Source: Candidatus Multivoradales bacterium (lineage in GTDB: Bacteria; Acidobacteriota; Thermoanaerobaculia; Multivoradales; JAHEKO01). From it: DNA of 64,000 nucleotides. The number at the start of each line of letters is the position of its first letter. Within the stretch, counting starts at the first letter, position 1. The notes under the pieces were generated by a model. That model was not told where the DNA came from. It did no database searches and worked only from the letters and a program-made list of their open reading frames with translations. The stretch is from contig CBDCVR010000013.1 of assembly GCA_965223155.1 (NCBI GenBank), forward strand, positions 576,001 to 640,000. The letters are read 5' to 3'. Below are positions 10,047 to 20,479 of the stretch, piece after piece. The translations under genes and the position numbers were made by a program.

Positions 10047-11162
10047 CTAGCCGGCGTCCGGAGTCGCGGCCTCCTGACGGAGCCTCTTGCTCATGAAGAT
10101 CCGCTCGGAGCCAGCCGGGTAGTCTTCGAGCCGGGCGAACTCCCGGTATCCCGCCCGCCTGTAGAAGTCCGGTGCCTGGTACGAGAAGGTGTCCAGGTGG
10201 ACGTGCTGGCATCCCCGGTCCGCCGCTTCTGCCTCGATTGTTTCCAGCAGGCGGCCTCCCAGTCCCCGGTCGCGCACCTCGTCCGAAACCCAGAGCAGCT
10301 TGACATGGAGCCAGTTCCAGTTGACGTGGCCGGTCACACCGGCCACTACCGAGCCAGCAGGGCCGCGCACGAAGAAGCCCACGGCCTCGAAGCCGGGGCG
10401 ATCGACCGACCCCGTCGCGTGGCGGTCGAGCCCGGCGGCCAGGGCGGCCACGTCGGGCTCCAGCGGCGGTGCCGCGCGCTCAATCGAAAGGTCCTCCAAC
10501 GGCTCGGCCACCGACGCCAGGTCGGCCGCGTCCATCGGCCCCGGCCTCAGGGCAGCGAGCTCCCGATCGTGTCGCCTGGCGAGCAGCAACTGCGCCGCCA
10601 CCGCGCCCGAGAGCGCCAGGAACATGTCCCACTGCGTGTCCCAGACGTCGCCCTGCGTCGCCAGGAAATCTTCGGCCGCGCCTCCCCCGATCAAGGCGGT
10701 CCACCATTCTAGAAACTCGTACGCGGCGCTGATCGCCAGGCACACGGCGCACACGATCCAGACCAGCCACTTCCCGCGCCGCAATGGAGACCGCCTGAGC
10801 AGGATCTCCCGCGCAAGGATCGCCGGCACGAAACCCTGGGCGATGTGCCCAAGGCGGTCGTAGTGATTCCGGGCCAGGCCGAAGAGATCCGCGAACCAGT
10901 CCCCGAGAGGCACCCGGGAGTAGGTGTAGTGGCCCCCGACCATCAGGATCACCGCGTGGAGGAAGATCAGCCGGTAGGCCAGCGGGGTCAGCGGGAAGCG
11001 CCGGTAGGTCGCGATCAGAATGGCGGCGCCGATCAGAACCGGGGCCACCTCGAGCAGCCAGGTGACGCGCTCATAGGGCCGGTAGCCGGACCAGATGAGG
11101 ACCGCCACGGTCGCCGCCAGCAACCAGAGCGGTTCGCGGCGGTGGCGTCCCCTAGCCGGCAT
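10047..11162 (-). CDS. DUF2238 (YjdF-like) membrane domain fused to a GNAT acetyltransferase
   Basis: TWLLE, GGHYTYSRVP, RNHYDRLGH, TQGDVWDTQWDM; C-terminal LWV...RDRGLGGRLL, LDTFSYQAPDFY. Confidence 0.85.
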   Translation of the reverse strand: MPARGRHRREPLWLLAATVAVLIWSGYRPYERVTWLLEVAPVLIGAAILIATYRRFPLTPLAYRLIFLHAVILMVGGHYTYSRVPLGDWFADLFGLARNHYDRLGHIAQGFVPAILAREILLRRSPLRRGKWLVWIVCAVCLAISAAYEFLEWWTALIGGGAAEDFLATQGDVWDTQWDMFLALSGAVAAQLLLARRHDRELAALRPGPMDAADLASVAEPLEDLSIERAAPPLEPDVAALAAGLDRHATGSVDRPGFEAVGFFVRGPAGSVVAGVTGHVNWNWLHVKLLWVSDEVRDRGLGGRLLETIEAEAADRGCQHVHLDTFSYQAPDFYRRAGYREFARLEDYPAGSERIFMSKRLRQEAATPDAG

Positions 11163-11169
11163 GGCTCAC

Positions 11170-11466
11170 CTAGCCCCCGCCGCCACAAAAGGCCAAGTCT
11201 AGCTCGGCCGCGAGAAGATCGGGAAACGCGGCCAGGGCACTCTGCACGTGCTCGGTCCCGAGATGGGCGTCCACCGCCTCCCGGCTGGCCCATTCCTCGA
11301 CAAAGAAGAATCGTTCGGCTCGGTCGAGATCTTGCCAGAGCTCGTAGCGCACGCAGCCTGCTTCGGCGCGCGTCGGCTCCACCAACGCCTCCAGCACCAC
11401 TCGTAGCGACTCGGCGCTGCCCGGCTTGGCTTCCAGTTGGGCGACTACTTTCAGCGTTTCAGCCAT
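11170..11466 (-). CDS. Antibiotic biosynthesis monooxygenase / putative quinol monooxygenase
   Basis: TRAEAGCVRYEL, FFFVEEWAS, HL...H; AGGAGG SD. Confidence 0.88.
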   Translation of the reverse strand: MAETLKVVAQLEAKPGSAESLRVVLEALVEPTRAEAGCVRYELWQDLDRAERFFFVEEWASREAVDAHLGTEHVQSALAAFPDLLAAELDLAFCGGGG

Positions 11467-11503
11467 CGTATTTCCTCCTGATGCCACCCGCCCGACCGTG
11501 GCC

Positions 11504-12118
11504 TCAGCAGAAACCACCGGGGCGAATGAACGTCTCTCGTTCGGATTCGATGCGATCGTACACAAGACAGCCGGGCAGATGGTCGTTGACCATGCCCATC
11601 GACTGCATGAACGCGTACATCGTGGTGGGCCCGACGAAGCGCCAGCCGCGCCGCTTGAGCTCGCGGCTCAAGGCCTCGGACTCGGGTGTCGAGGCTGGGA
11701 GGCCTCGCCGGCGAACGGTGGGCTCGAACTTCCAGACAAAGGCCGCCAGGCTACCCGCCTCGGCCGTCAGATCACGGACCAGCTTGGCGTTGTGGATCAC
11801 GGCCTCGATCTTGCCGCGATGACGCACGATCCCGGCATCGGCCAGCAACCGCTCGACGCTTCTCCGGTTGAACCGAGCCACCTTGCGGAAGTCGAAGCCC
11901 CGAAACGCCCGCCGGAAGTTGTCACGCTTGCGCAGGATGGTCAGCCAGCTCAGGCCGGCCTGAAACCCCTCGAGCGAGAGCTTCTCGAAGAGGCGGACGT
12001 CGTCGGCAACCGGACGGCCCCATTCCCGATCGTGGTAGCGAACGTACTCCGGGTCCTCACCGCACCACCAGCAGCGCTTGCGGCCGTCGCCGGCCGGGAT
12101 CAGCCTGGGACCCGCCAC
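11504..12118 (-). CDS. tag: DNA-3-methyladenine glycosylase I
   Basis: RCWW, YHDREWG, EGFQAGLSW, FVGPTT, NDHLPGC. Confidence 0.96.
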   Translation of the reverse strand: MAGPRLIPAGDGRKRCWWCGEDPEYVRYHDREWGRPVADDVRLFEKLSLEGFQAGLSWLTILRKRDNFRRAFRGFDFRKVARFNRRSVERLLADAGIVRHRGKIEAVIHNAKLVRDLTAEAGSLAAFVWKFEPTVRRRGLPASTPESEALSRELKRRGWRFVGPTTMYAFMQSMGMVNDHLPGCLVYDRIESERETFIRPGGFC

Positions 12119-12130
12119 CTCCGGCGCTCT

Positions 12131-12412
12131 CTAGTCGGTGCGCTCGGTGACTTCCACCAGATGGAAGCCGAACTGGGTCTCGACCGGGCCCTGGACTTCG
12201 CCGACCGGCGCCGAGAAGACGACCGCGTCGAACTCCGGGACCATCTGACCGGGGCCGAACTCGCCCAGCTCGCCGCTCTGTGCCCGCGACGGGCACTGAG
12301 AGTGCTCAGCGGCAGCCGCGCCGAAATCGAGGCCGTCTTGGATCTCCTGCTTCAGCCGCTCGCAGGCGTCGCGGCTCCCTACCAAAATGTGTCGGGCCTT
12401 GGCTCGTTTCAT
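12131..12412 (-). CDS. ppiC: Parvulin-type peptidyl-prolyl isomerase
   Basis: ARHILV, SQCPS, GELGEF..GQMVPEFD, TQFGFHL; GGAGG SD. Confidence 0.92.
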   Translation of the reverse strand: MKRAKARHILVGSRDACERLKQEIQDGLDFGAAAAEHSQCPSRAQSGELGEFGPGQMVPEFDAVVFSAPVGEVQGPVETQFGFHLVEVTERTD

Positions 12413-12885
12413 GATTCCTCCTTGATTGTTGCTCGTTCGGCTCCGGCCGCGCGGGCCAGGGTTTCCGGCTCGATCTCGAACACCGCATAGGGGCTCCCCG
12501 CGGCCGCCCACACGGTCGAATAGAGCCACAGGTCCTCGTCCATAAGAACCACCGCTTGCGGCCGATGGCCCACCGGTGGCACGCCGCCGATGGCGAAGCC
12601 GGTACGGTCGCGGACGAACCGGGCATCGGCCATGGCGACCTCTCCGCCAACGTGGCTTCCGACTCGTTCCAGGCTCACCCGATTGCCACCGCTCGCGAGA
12701 ACGACGATCTCGATCTCGTCGGCCAGGCGCCGCAAGACGATCGATTTGGCGATGCGGGCCACCTCGCAGCCGACGGCGGCCGCCGCCTCGTTCGCGGTCC
12801 GAGTGGACTCCGGGAAGCGGGCGATCCGGCAATCCAAGCCCCGCTCCTCCAAGAGGGCGGCGACGCGTTCCGGACCGCTAGCCAC
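12409..12885 (-). CDS. YbaK/EbsC family aminoacyl-tRNA deacylase
   Basis: TRTA..AA, IAKS, TGFAIGGVPPVGH, WAAAG. Confidence 0.9.
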   Translation of the reverse strand: MASGPERVAALLEERGLDCRIARFPESTRTANEAAAAVGCEVARIAKSIVLRRLADEIEIVVLASGGNRVSLERVGSHVGGEVAMADARFVRDRTGFAIGGVPPVGHRPQAVVLMDEDLWLYSTVWAAAGSPYAVFEIEPETLARAAGAERATIKEES

Positions 12886-13846
12886 CGACCGCCCCCGGCA
12901 CGGCCTCGGCACCGCCTAGAAGCGCCTCGGCGAAGCGCCTCGGATCGAAGCGCACCAGATCGTCGACACCTTCCCCGACTCCGAGGTAGAGCACCGGAAG
13001 GCGCAGCTCGCGGGCAACGGCCACCGCGACGCCGCCCTTGGCGGTGCCGTCGATCTTGGCCAGCAGCACGCCGGTCAGCTCGGCGACGTCCGCGAACTGA
13101 CGAGCCTGGACAATGGCGTTCTGGCCGGTGGTGGCGTCGATCACGAGTACGGTGCGCAGCGCCCAGCCCTCGGCCTCGCGCTCGATCACGCGCCGAATCT
13201 TGGCCAGCTCGGCCATCAGGTGCTCTTTGTTGTGGAGGCGGCCGGCGGTATCGACCAGCAGCTCGTCCACGCCCCGCGCCCGGGCCGCCTGAACCGCGTC
13301 GAACACAACGGCGGCTGGGTCGGCACCCGCGGGCTGCTTGACGATCTCCACGCCCAGCCGTTCGGCCCAGATCGAGAGCTGCTCGGCGGCCGCGGCCCGG
13401 AAGGTGTCGGCGGCCGCGAACAGGACCTTGCGGCCCTGCTGCTGGGCATGTCGGGCCAGCTTGGCCGCCGAGGTCGTCTTGCCCACGCCGTTGACGCCCA
13501 CCAGCAGCGTCACCCTAGGGCCGTCCGGCTGCTCCGCCGGCTGAGGCGCGTCCAGAAGCAGTACCGCCAGCTCGTCCACGAGGCGCTCCCGCACGCGCAC
13601 CAGATCGCCCCCTTCGAACCGGCGGGCGTCCCGCCGCACCGCCTCCACCACCTCGAGCGAGGTCTCGACGCCGACGTCGGCGGCAATCAACGCCTCCTCG
13701 AGACGCTCGAGCGTATCTTCGTCCAGGACCGCGCGCCCGGCCACCGCCGCCTCGACCTGCTCGAAGAGCTCGGTGTGGGTCATGGCCAGGCCCCGGCGCA
13801 GCTTGCGCCAGAACCCGCCCTGTCGCTCCTCCCCCAACGACGTCAC
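12878..13846 (-). CDS. ftsY: SRP receptor FtsY (short form, no acidic A domain)
   Basis: GVNGVGKTT, DTFRAAA, DTAGR, DATTGQN, GTAKGG. Confidence 0.97.
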   Translation of the reverse strand: MTSLGEERQGGFWRKLRRGLAMTHTELFEQVEAAVAGRAVLDEDTLERLEEALIAADVGVETSLEVVEAVRRDARRFEGGDLVRVRERLVDELAVLLLDAPQPAEQPDGPRVTLLVGVNGVGKTTSAAKLARHAQQQGRKVLFAAADTFRAAAAEQLSIWAERLGVEIVKQPAGADPAAVVFDAVQAARARGVDELLVDTAGRLHNKEHLMAELAKIRRVIEREAEGWALRTVLVIDATTGQNAIVQARQFADVAELTGVLLAKIDGTAKGGVAVAVARELRLPVLYLGVGEGVDDLVRFDPRRFAEALLGGAEAVPGAVGG

Positions 13847-14211
13847 CGCGGGAAGAGCTCGCGCCGAAGATTCACCGCGGCTTCAGCGAGATGTTTCCGA
13901 GCGAGAGCGGACAGGCCGGGACGAGCCTGGAGCAGCACCAGGAAGTAGTCATCCGGGAGGCACGCTGCGTAGACCTCTGCGCCCCGGTGACGAACGTGCA
14001 GAATCCGAACCTCGCCCAGGCCGTCCGCCGCGAAGTTGGATCGGAGCTGGCGCAGGGCGATTTCGAAGTAGGCGCCAAAGACCCGTAGTTCCTCCGGGGA
14101 ATTCTCCGCACTGGCCAGATCGATGGTCTCCCCGGAGTCGTCCAAGAAGATCGCGCCGAGCGCGTTCGGGACCTTCGCCAGAAGGTCGGCGAGAACGTAT
14201 TCGAACGGCAT
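13843..14211 (-). CDS. Roadblock/LC7 (MglB-like) domain protein
   Basis: 122 aa with the pattern L..L...VPNALGAIFLDDSGETI ... YFLVLL ... LARKHL typical of roadblock proteins. Confidence 0.75.
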   Translation of the reverse strand: MPFEYVLADLLAKVPNALGAIFLDDSGETIDLASAENSPEELRVFGAYFEIALRQLRSNFAADGLGEVRILHVRHRGAEVYAACLPDDYFLVLLQARPGLSALARKHLAEAAVNLRRELFPR

Positions 14212-14227
14212 CCAGTAGCAGCCCGCG

Positions 14228-15973
14228 CTAAGTCGAAGCGACCGCCGTCAGGTCGGGTTGCTGGTCGGCCGGCGCCACCGGTGGCGCCTCCCGGATCTGA
14301 ATCTCGCCGCTCTTGAAGGCCTGGAGAAAGGCGGTCACGACCTTGGCGTCGAAGCGCTGCCCGGCTAGCTCGGTGATCCGCTCCACGGCGAACTCGGGCT
14401 CGTAGGCTCGCTGGTAGGGCCGGTTGGTGGTGATGGCGTCGAACGTGTCGGCCACCGCCACGATCCGGGCCATCAAGGGAATCTCCTCGGCGCGGAGCCC
14501 TTCCGGATAGCCGGTTCCGTTCCAGGCCTCATGATGCCAGCGAATCGCCGGAATCATCTCGCGCAGCTGTTCGATTCGCTCCATGATGTCGGCACCGATG
14601 GTCGGGTGCTGCTTCATCTGTTCGAATTCGTCGTCGGTCAGCACCCCGCCCTTCTTCAGGATCCGGTCCTCGATGCCGATCTTGCCGACGTCGTGCAGCA
14701 GAGCGCCGACCCAGACTCGGTGCTGCGCCTCCGTGTCCAGCCCCAACCAGCGGGCGATGGTGCGGCTGTGCGCCGCCACTCGCTCGGAATGACCGCGTGT
14801 GTAGGGATCTTTGGCGTCAATCGCGGCCACGAACGCCCGCATCGAACCAATAAAGAGCTCCCGGTTGGCCTGGGCCGCCTGCTGCAAGCGCTCGACGTAG
14901 TCCTGCACCGTGAGGCTCATGCGGTTGAAGTCCCGCGCCAGCTGGTCGATCTCCACGCCCACCCCGGCAACCTCGACCCGCTCGCCGAAGCTGCCCTCGG
15001 CGATCTTGTGACTGGTTTCGGTGAGCTGCTGAATCGGCCGGCTAATGGCGCGAGCAGCGAAGGCCGCCATGGCCATCGCCAGGGCCACCAGGATCGCGGT
15101 CGAGATCGCGGTCTGGAGGACCATCTGCCGGACCGCGGCGAAGGCGGTGGCCACCGGCTTCTGGACCACGACGCCCCAGCCCGGCTCGGCCACCGGGCTG
15201 ACCCGGCCCAAGACTTGCCGGGTGGCGCCGTCCACGGGGAGCGCGTACTCGGCGGTGAGATTGAGCGGCACGTTGACGAAGTCCTGGACCAGCTCGGAGG
15301 ACGCCACCGCCGTGTCCGTGGCCTCGTCCGAGCCCACCGAGTAGAGCACCGAGCCTGACCGGTCGATAAGAAAGACGGCTACGTCTCCTTGAGCCTCTTC
15401 GCGAAAAAACGTGGTCATCGGCGTAACTTCGATGACGGCTTCCACCACTAGGCCGGAGCCGCCGGGCGCCACCGCGACCACCGCGACCGGAGCCTCATCC
15501 TGGCGCTGGGGCACAAAACGGTAAGCCGGCTGGCCGTCGGCTCCGGTCTCGGCAAACGCCGCCTGCAGTGCGGTCAGGACTTCCGGCGACAGGTCGACCG
15601 TGGCGTACTGGGGACCGGCTCCGTTAGCGTCCAGCAGGCGCAGCGCGACCAACTGCTGGTTGGTCTCCAGGAACGAACGGACCCGGTCGCCAACCCAGGA
15701 CGGCGCTAGCTTCTCGGCCAGCGTGTCTCCCGGCAACGCGTCCACGGTGATGGCTAACTGCTCCACCTGCCTCCGGGTGTTGGCCAGAAAGCTGGACAGC
15801 TCGACCGACAGGAACTGAGCGGACCGCGTCAGGTAGCTCTTCTCCTGCGTCTCGAGAATCTCCCGGTTCTGCCGGATCAAGAGATAGCTGCTGATCGCCA
15901 GCGGCACGATGCCCGAGAGCAACAGAATCAGAAACACCAGGTTGCGAAGCCGGAGGCTGGAAAACGGTCGCAT
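14228..15973 (-). CDS. Membrane-bound Cache-like/HAMP HD-GYP c-di-GMP phosphodiesterase
   Basis: Two TMs flanking a sensor region, HAMP, KDPYTRGHSERV, HDVGK, HHEAWNGTGYPEGL, ADTFDA, RPY. Confidence 0.92.
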   Translation of the reverse strand: MRPFSSLRLRNLVFLILLLSGIVPLAISSYLLIRQNREILETQEKSYLTRSAQFLSVELSSFLANTRRQVEQLAITVDALPGDTLAEKLAPSWVGDRVRSFLETNQQLVALRLLDANGAGPQYATVDLSPEVLTALQAAFAETGADGQPAYRFVPQRQDEAPVAVVAVAPGGSGLVVEAVIEVTPMTTFFREEAQGDVAVFLIDRSGSVLYSVGSDEATDTAVASSELVQDFVNVPLNLTAEYALPVDGATRQVLGRVSPVAEPGWGVVVQKPVATAFAAVRQMVLQTAISTAILVALAMAMAAFAARAISRPIQQLTETSHKIAEGSFGERVEVAGVGVEIDQLARDFNRMSLTVQDYVERLQQAAQANRELFIGSMRAFVAAIDAKDPYTRGHSERVAAHSRTIARWLGLDTEAQHRVWVGALLHDVGKIGIEDRILKKGGVLTDDEFEQMKQHPTIGADIMERIEQLREMIPAIRWHHEAWNGTGYPEGLRAEEIPLMARIVAVADTFDAITTNRPYQRAYEPEFAVERITELAGQRFDAKVVTAFLQAFKSGEIQIREAPPVAPADQQPDLTAVAST

Positions 15974-16037
15974 GGTCGCACTCGAGCGGGCCGGGAGCGG
16001 TCGAAGCCGTCCCGAGTTCCGTCGACACCTTAACGAA

Positions 16038-17135
16038 TCATTGTACGGCCCCGTCCAAATAGCGCGCAAGAAGCTCCTGAACGCGCTCGGTGCTCACGGT
16101 CGACACCACCCGCGCCCTGCCCACGGCCGCCGGCAGCACCCAGGCGAGCCCGTCCTCGCGGGCCTTCTTGTCCCGAGTCATGGCCTCGACCAGGTCTGCG
16201 GGGTCGAGAACCGGCAAGGCCGCCGGGGTGGCGCGCAGGATCAGCTCCCGCATTCGACCCGACTCGTCCGCGCTCAAGCCGTGCTCGGCGGCCAGCTCCA
16301 TCGCGAAGAGCATCCCGTGCCCGACCGCGTCTCCGTGGCGCACGATCCCGTGTCCGGCCACGGTTTCGATCGCGTGCCCCAGGGTGTGCCCCAGGTTCAG
16401 CAGCCTGCGACGGTTCCGCTCATCCGGATCTTGGGCGACGATCTCGACCTTGACCCGGGCGGCCCTCTTGACCGCCTCCGCGAGCCGGTCGGGCTTGCCG
16501 GCAAGGAGCTCTTCGATGCCTTCCTCGAGCAGCTCGAACAGAACCGGATCGCCCAGGATCGCGCTCTTGACCACTTCGAAGGCCGCCTGCCGCAGCTCCT
16601 CGGCCGGCAAGGTAGCGAGCACTCCGGTGTCGGCCACGACCAGACGGGGATGGTGGAACAGTCCCACCATATTCTTGCCCTCGGGCAGGTTGATGCCGGT
16701 CTTGCCGCCAATCGCGGCATCCACCTGCGCCAGCAGCGTGGTCGGCACCTGGACGTATTCCACGCCGCGCAGAAAACAGCCCGCCACGAAGCCGGCCAGA
16801 TCGCCGACGCTGCCGCCGCCCAGGGCCAGGACGCGGCTGTCCCGCTTGCCGCCCGCCTCGAGCAGTCGTCCCCAGAGGTCGAGACTCACGTCCGGGACCT
16901 TGGCGGCCTCCCCGTCGGGCACTTCCAGATCCAGGACTCGGGCGGCGTCCGCGAGCGCCTCGTCCAGCTTGTCCCGATGCAACCGCCGGACGGGTGCCGA
17001 CGTCACCACGAAAACACTCCGCCCTCGCACCCAGGCGGCGACGTCCGCGGCCGCCTGCTCGAGCGCCCCCGGACCGATCCAGATGGCGGTCTTGCCCGCC
17101 GGATGCGCCAGTCTCAGACGCGAGATGGCCGCCAC
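16038..17135 (-). CDS. aroB: 3-dehydroquinate synthase
   Basis: DGEAAK, GGGSVGDLAGF, PTTLLAQVDAAIGGKTG, LNLGHTLGHAIE, HGDAV. Confidence 0.97.
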   Translation of the reverse strand: MAAISRLRLAHPAGKTAIWIGPGALEQAAADVAAWVRGRSVFVVTSAPVRRLHRDKLDEALADAARVLDLEVPDGEAAKVPDVSLDLWGRLLEAGGKRDSRVLALGGGSVGDLAGFVAGCFLRGVEYVQVPTTLLAQVDAAIGGKTGINLPEGKNMVGLFHHPRLVVADTGVLATLPAEELRQAAFEVVKSAILGDPVLFELLEEGIEELLAGKPDRLAEAVKRAARVKVEIVAQDPDERNRRRLLNLGHTLGHAIETVAGHGIVRHGDAVGHGMLFAMELAAEHGLSADESGRMRELILRATPAALPVLDPADLVEAMTRDKKAREDGLAWVLPAAVGRARVVSTVSTERVQELLARYLDGAVQ

Positions 17136-17142
17136 GGGTCCG

Positions 17143-18951
17143 TCAGTCCCCGTCTCGGGCGAGCCGAATGCCCAACTCGGCCAGTTGCTCGGCGTCTACC
17201 GCCGACGGCGCCCGGGTCATCAAGCTGAGCGCCGAGGTCGTCTTGGGAAAGGCGATCACGTCCCGCAAAGACTTGGCTCCGGTCATCAACATCACGATCC
17301 GGTCCAGGCCGAGAGCGATGCCGCCGTGGGGCGGCGCCCCGAACGAGAGCGCTTCGAGCAAGAAACCGAAGCGCTCCTGGGCTTGCTCCCGGCTGAGGCC
17401 GAGCAAGTCGAAGACCCGCCGCTGGAGGTCGGGCTGGTGGATTCGAATGGAGCCGCCCCCCAGCTCGAAGCCGTTCAGGATGACGTCATACGCCCGCGCC
17501 CGAACCGCGCCGGGATCGTCTTCCAGAAGCCCCACGTCGTCCGGACGCGGAGCGGTGAAGGGATGATTGCAGGAAGTCCAGCGGTCGCCATCCTCGTCCC
17601 GCTCGACCAAGGGAAAGTCCGTTACCCACAGGAACCGGTACAGGCTCTCGTCGATCAGCCCGTACTCCTGGCCCAGGCGCGAGCGCAGGTCTCCGAGGGC
17701 GCCGGCCGCGGCGCGAGCGGACGCAGCCACCAGCACGGCGATGCCGCCCTCCTCCAGTCCGGTGCGTCCGGCAATGTGCTCGAGCTCGGCCGGGCTCAGT
17801 ACGTTCTTGACCTGGAAGGCCAGCTCGCCGTCCTTGCGCCTCAGCACCAGGACTCCGGCGGCGCCGCGCTTGCGGGCGACCTCGGCCCACTGCTCTACCT
17901 GCTTGCGGCTGGCCGCGGCGGCGCCGGTCGAGCCCGGCAGGGCGAAGCCGCGCACCACGCCACCTTCGGCCAGCGTGCTCTGAAAGGCCCGGAACGAGCT
18001 CTCCGCCAGGCCGTCGCCCAGATCGCGGATCTCGCATTCGAAGCGCAAGTCGGGCTTGTCCGAACCGAATCGGAGCATCGCCTCGTCGTAGGTCATCCTT
18101 GCGAACGGTACCGGCGGATGAATGCCGACCTGCGGGAAGATCTTGGCGAAGAGCTGCTCGATGGTCAGGTACACGTCTTCTTCGGTCGCAAAGGACATCT
18201 CGACGTCGACTTGGGTGAACTCCGGCTGCCGGTCGGCGCGCAGGTCCTCGTCCCGGAAACAACGGGCGATCTGCACGTACCGATCGAGGCCCGACGTCAT
18301 CAGGATCTGCTTGAAGAGCTGAGGCGATTGGGGCAGAGCGTAGAACTCGCCCGGCCGGACCCGGCTGGGAACCAGGTAGTCCCGGGCACCTTCCGGAGTC
18401 GAGCGGGTCAGGATCGGGGTCTCGACGTGGACGAAGCCCTTCTCGTGGAAGAAGTTCCGAATCGCCAGGGTGATGGCGTCGCGGAGCATCAGATTGCGCT
18501 GGAGCTCTTGGCGGCGCAGGTCCAGGTAGCGGTAGCGCAGGCGGGTCTCCTCGGCGACGTCCTCAACCGGCGTCTCGGGCAGAAACGGCAGCGGCTCGGC
18601 CCGCGCCAGGACCTCGGCCTCTTCGCACACCACCTCGATCTCGCCGGTAGCGAGGTCCGGGTTCACAGCCTCGGGCGCGCGCTCGGCCACCGTGCCCTCG
18701 ATCCGCACGACCCATTCCAGCCTCACGGCCTCGAGCGCGGCCGCCGCGTCAGGCTGCTCGTCGGGACGGACCACCACCTGGACCACTCCGGAGCGGTCCC
18801 GGATCTGGAGAAAAATCACTCCCCCCAGGTCGCGGCGCCGGTGCACCCAACCTTCGAGGCGAACCCTCCGTCCCGCGGCGCCGCGATCGATCTCCCCGGC
18901 CATGCTCCGGTAGGTTTGCTGGCTCCGCTGGCCGTGAGAACCCTGATCCAT
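17143..18951 (-). CDS. aspS: Aspartate--tRNA ligase (probably non-discriminating Asp/Asn type)
   Basis: [52 protein letters not shown]. His in WVH and Gly in ATGEIE are the ND-type residues. Confidence 0.97.
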   Translation of the reverse strand: MDQGSHGQRSQQTYRSMAGEIDRGAAGRRVRLEGWVHRRRDLGGVIFLQIRDRSGVVQVVVRPDEQPDAAAALEAVRLEWVVRIEGTVAERAPEAVNPDLATGEIEVVCEEAEVLARAEPLPFLPETPVEDVAEETRLRYRYLDLRRQELQRNLMLRDAITLAIRNFFHEKGFVHVETPILTRSTPEGARDYLVPSRVRPGEFYALPQSPQLFKQILMTSGLDRYVQIARCFRDEDLRADRQPEFTQVDVEMSFATEEDVYLTIEQLFAKIFPQVGIHPPVPFARMTYDEAMLRFGSDKPDLRFECEIRDLGDGLAESSFRAFQSTLAEGGVVRGFALPGSTGAAAASRKQVEQWAEVARKRGAAGVLVLRRKDGELAFQVKNVLSPAELEHIAGRTGLEEGGIAVLVAASARAAAGALGDLRSRLGQEYGLIDESLYRFLWVTDFPLVERDEDGDRWTSCNHPFTAPRPDDVGLLEDDPGAVRARAYDVILNGFELGGGSIRIHQPDLQRRVFDLLGLSREQAQERFGFLLEALSFGAPPHGGIALGLDRIVMLMTGAKSLRDVIAFPKTTSALSLMTRAPSAVDAEQLAELGIRLARDGD

Positions 18952-20252
18952 TACCTAGCTCCTCCGGGCGCCGGACCCTCTCGGGCTTCCGCCGCCGCTC
19001 CCATCCCGAGAAGATCCTCGGCAAGAGCCTCTATCGGCACGAAGCGCTGCTCGCCCTCGGCCAAATCCTTGACGGTGACTCCGCCGCGCTCCAGCTCGTC
19101 TTCCCCGATCAGCACCGCCCACCGGCACTCCAGACGGTCGGCGTTCCGCAAGCCTCGCTTGACGCGGGCGGGAGCGAGCTCCACGAGGGTCGCCAGGCCG
19201 GCCGCGCGCAGCGCCTCGGCCACGCCTAACACGTGCGCGGTGGGCACGGGATCGATTCCCAAAACGAACACCCGCGAACCACCCAACGCCTCCGCCGCGA
19301 AGGACTCGGGCAGGGCCTCGACCAAGCGGTCCTCGCCGATGGCGAAGCCGATCCCCGGCAGGTCCGGTCCTCCCAAGCTCACCAGCAGCCCATCGTAGCG
19401 GCCGCCGCCGACCAGCGCGTCCTGGGCTCCCAGCCGATCGGAGACGATCTCGAAGACGGTGCGCGTGTAGTAGTCGAGTCCCCGCACCAGCCCCTCGTCG
19501 ATCCGGTAGGCCACGCCCAGAGCGTCCAGCCCGCCGCGGACGGCTTGGAAATGCTCGGCGCTGTCCGAGGTCAGAAACTCCGTCAGCCGTGGCGCCCCGG
19601 CCAGGAGCTCCCGCTCGGCGGGGACCTTGGTATCCAGGATCCGGAGCGGATTCTCCCGCAAACGCCGCCGGCTGTCGGCGCCGAGGCCGTCGGCGTGCGG
19701 CTCTAGATAGTCGCGCAGAGCCTCCCGAAAGGCGGTCCGGCTGTCGGCGTCGCCCACCGTGTGCAGTAGGACGGTCAAGCCGGAAAAGCCGAGCGCTTCC
19801 AGAAAGCGCACCAGCATCGCGATGACCTCGACGTCCGACCACGGGCCGGGATCGCCGATCAGCTCCGCGCCGATCTGATGGAACTGCCGGTACCGGCCCT
19901 TCTGGGGCCGTTCGTAGCGGAAGTGCGGACCGATGTAGAAGAGCTTGGCCGGAAGCCCGCGGTCGTCGAGCCGATGCTGGACGAAGGCCCGCGCCACCGC
20001 CGCCGTGCTCTCGGGTCGTAGCGCCAGTTCGCGCCCCTTGCGGTCGTTGAAGACATACATCTCCTTGCCGACGATGTCGGTGCCTTCCCCGACCGCCCGC
20101 ACGAAGAGCTCTTTGGGCTCGACCACCGGAGTGCGAAGCTCGTCGTAGCCGTAGAGACCGAAGACGCGCCGAGCCACGGCCTCGACCTCGGCCCACAATC
20201 GCGCCTCGGGCGGCAGCAGATCCCGCATCCCCTTGACGCTACGCACCGGCAC
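18951..20252 (-). CDS. hisS: Histidine--tRNA ligase
   Basis: [40 protein letters not shown]. Confidence 0.97.
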   Translation of the reverse strand: MPVRSVKGMRDLLPPEARLWAEVEAVARRVFGLYGYDELRTPVVEPKELFVRAVGEGTDIVGKEMYVFNDRKGRELALRPESTAAVARAFVQHRLDDRGLPAKLFYIGPHFRYERPQKGRYRQFHQIGAELIGDPGPWSDVEVIAMLVRFLEALGFSGLTVLLHTVGDADSRTAFREALRDYLEPHADGLGADSRRRLRENPLRILDTKVPAERELLAGAPRLTEFLTSDSAEHFQAVRGGLDALGVAYRIDEGLVRGLDYYTRTVFEIVSDRLGAQDALVGGGRYDGLLVSLGGPDLPGIGFAIGEDRLVEALPESFAAEALGGSRVFVLGIDPVPTAHVLGVAEALRAAGLATLVELAPARVKRGLRNADRLECRWAVLIGEDELERGGVTVKDLAEGEQRFVPIEALAEDLLGMGAAAEAREGPAPGGAR

Positions 20253-20479
20253 GGCTCCCCGAGAGCGGGCTCGCGATGACGGGCGGCAGAGGGATCAGTA
20301 CGTGGACCACGATTGCTGGACGTTCCATGGCGGACACCGAAAACGGTGGCGATCGAGCCTAGCCCGGATTCCGCCGGACGCCAAACCACCCGCCACCCGA
20401 TTCGCGGCAAGCCCGCAGGCCGTTGGCGCCGTATCGAGCTATGACAGAGTCCTTGCCGCTGCGCTGGCAGAGCCCTTCC

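Noticed and set aside
16090-19398. 1102-aa plus-strand ORF, and similar long ORFs at 3913-5469, 25818-27530, 28267-30159, 42208-44106 and 35737-37293
   Set aside because: Antisense shadows of well-supported genes (aroB/aspS/hisS and others). They have low-complexity Ser/Arg/Ala or Gln/His-rich translations, as expected in high-GC DNA with few stop codons.
20239-20328. 29-codon minus-strand uORF (MERPAIVVHVLIPLPP…) overlapping the hisS start
   Set aside because: Only one His codon, no attenuator or T-box structure and no clear SD; not supportable as a leader peptide.
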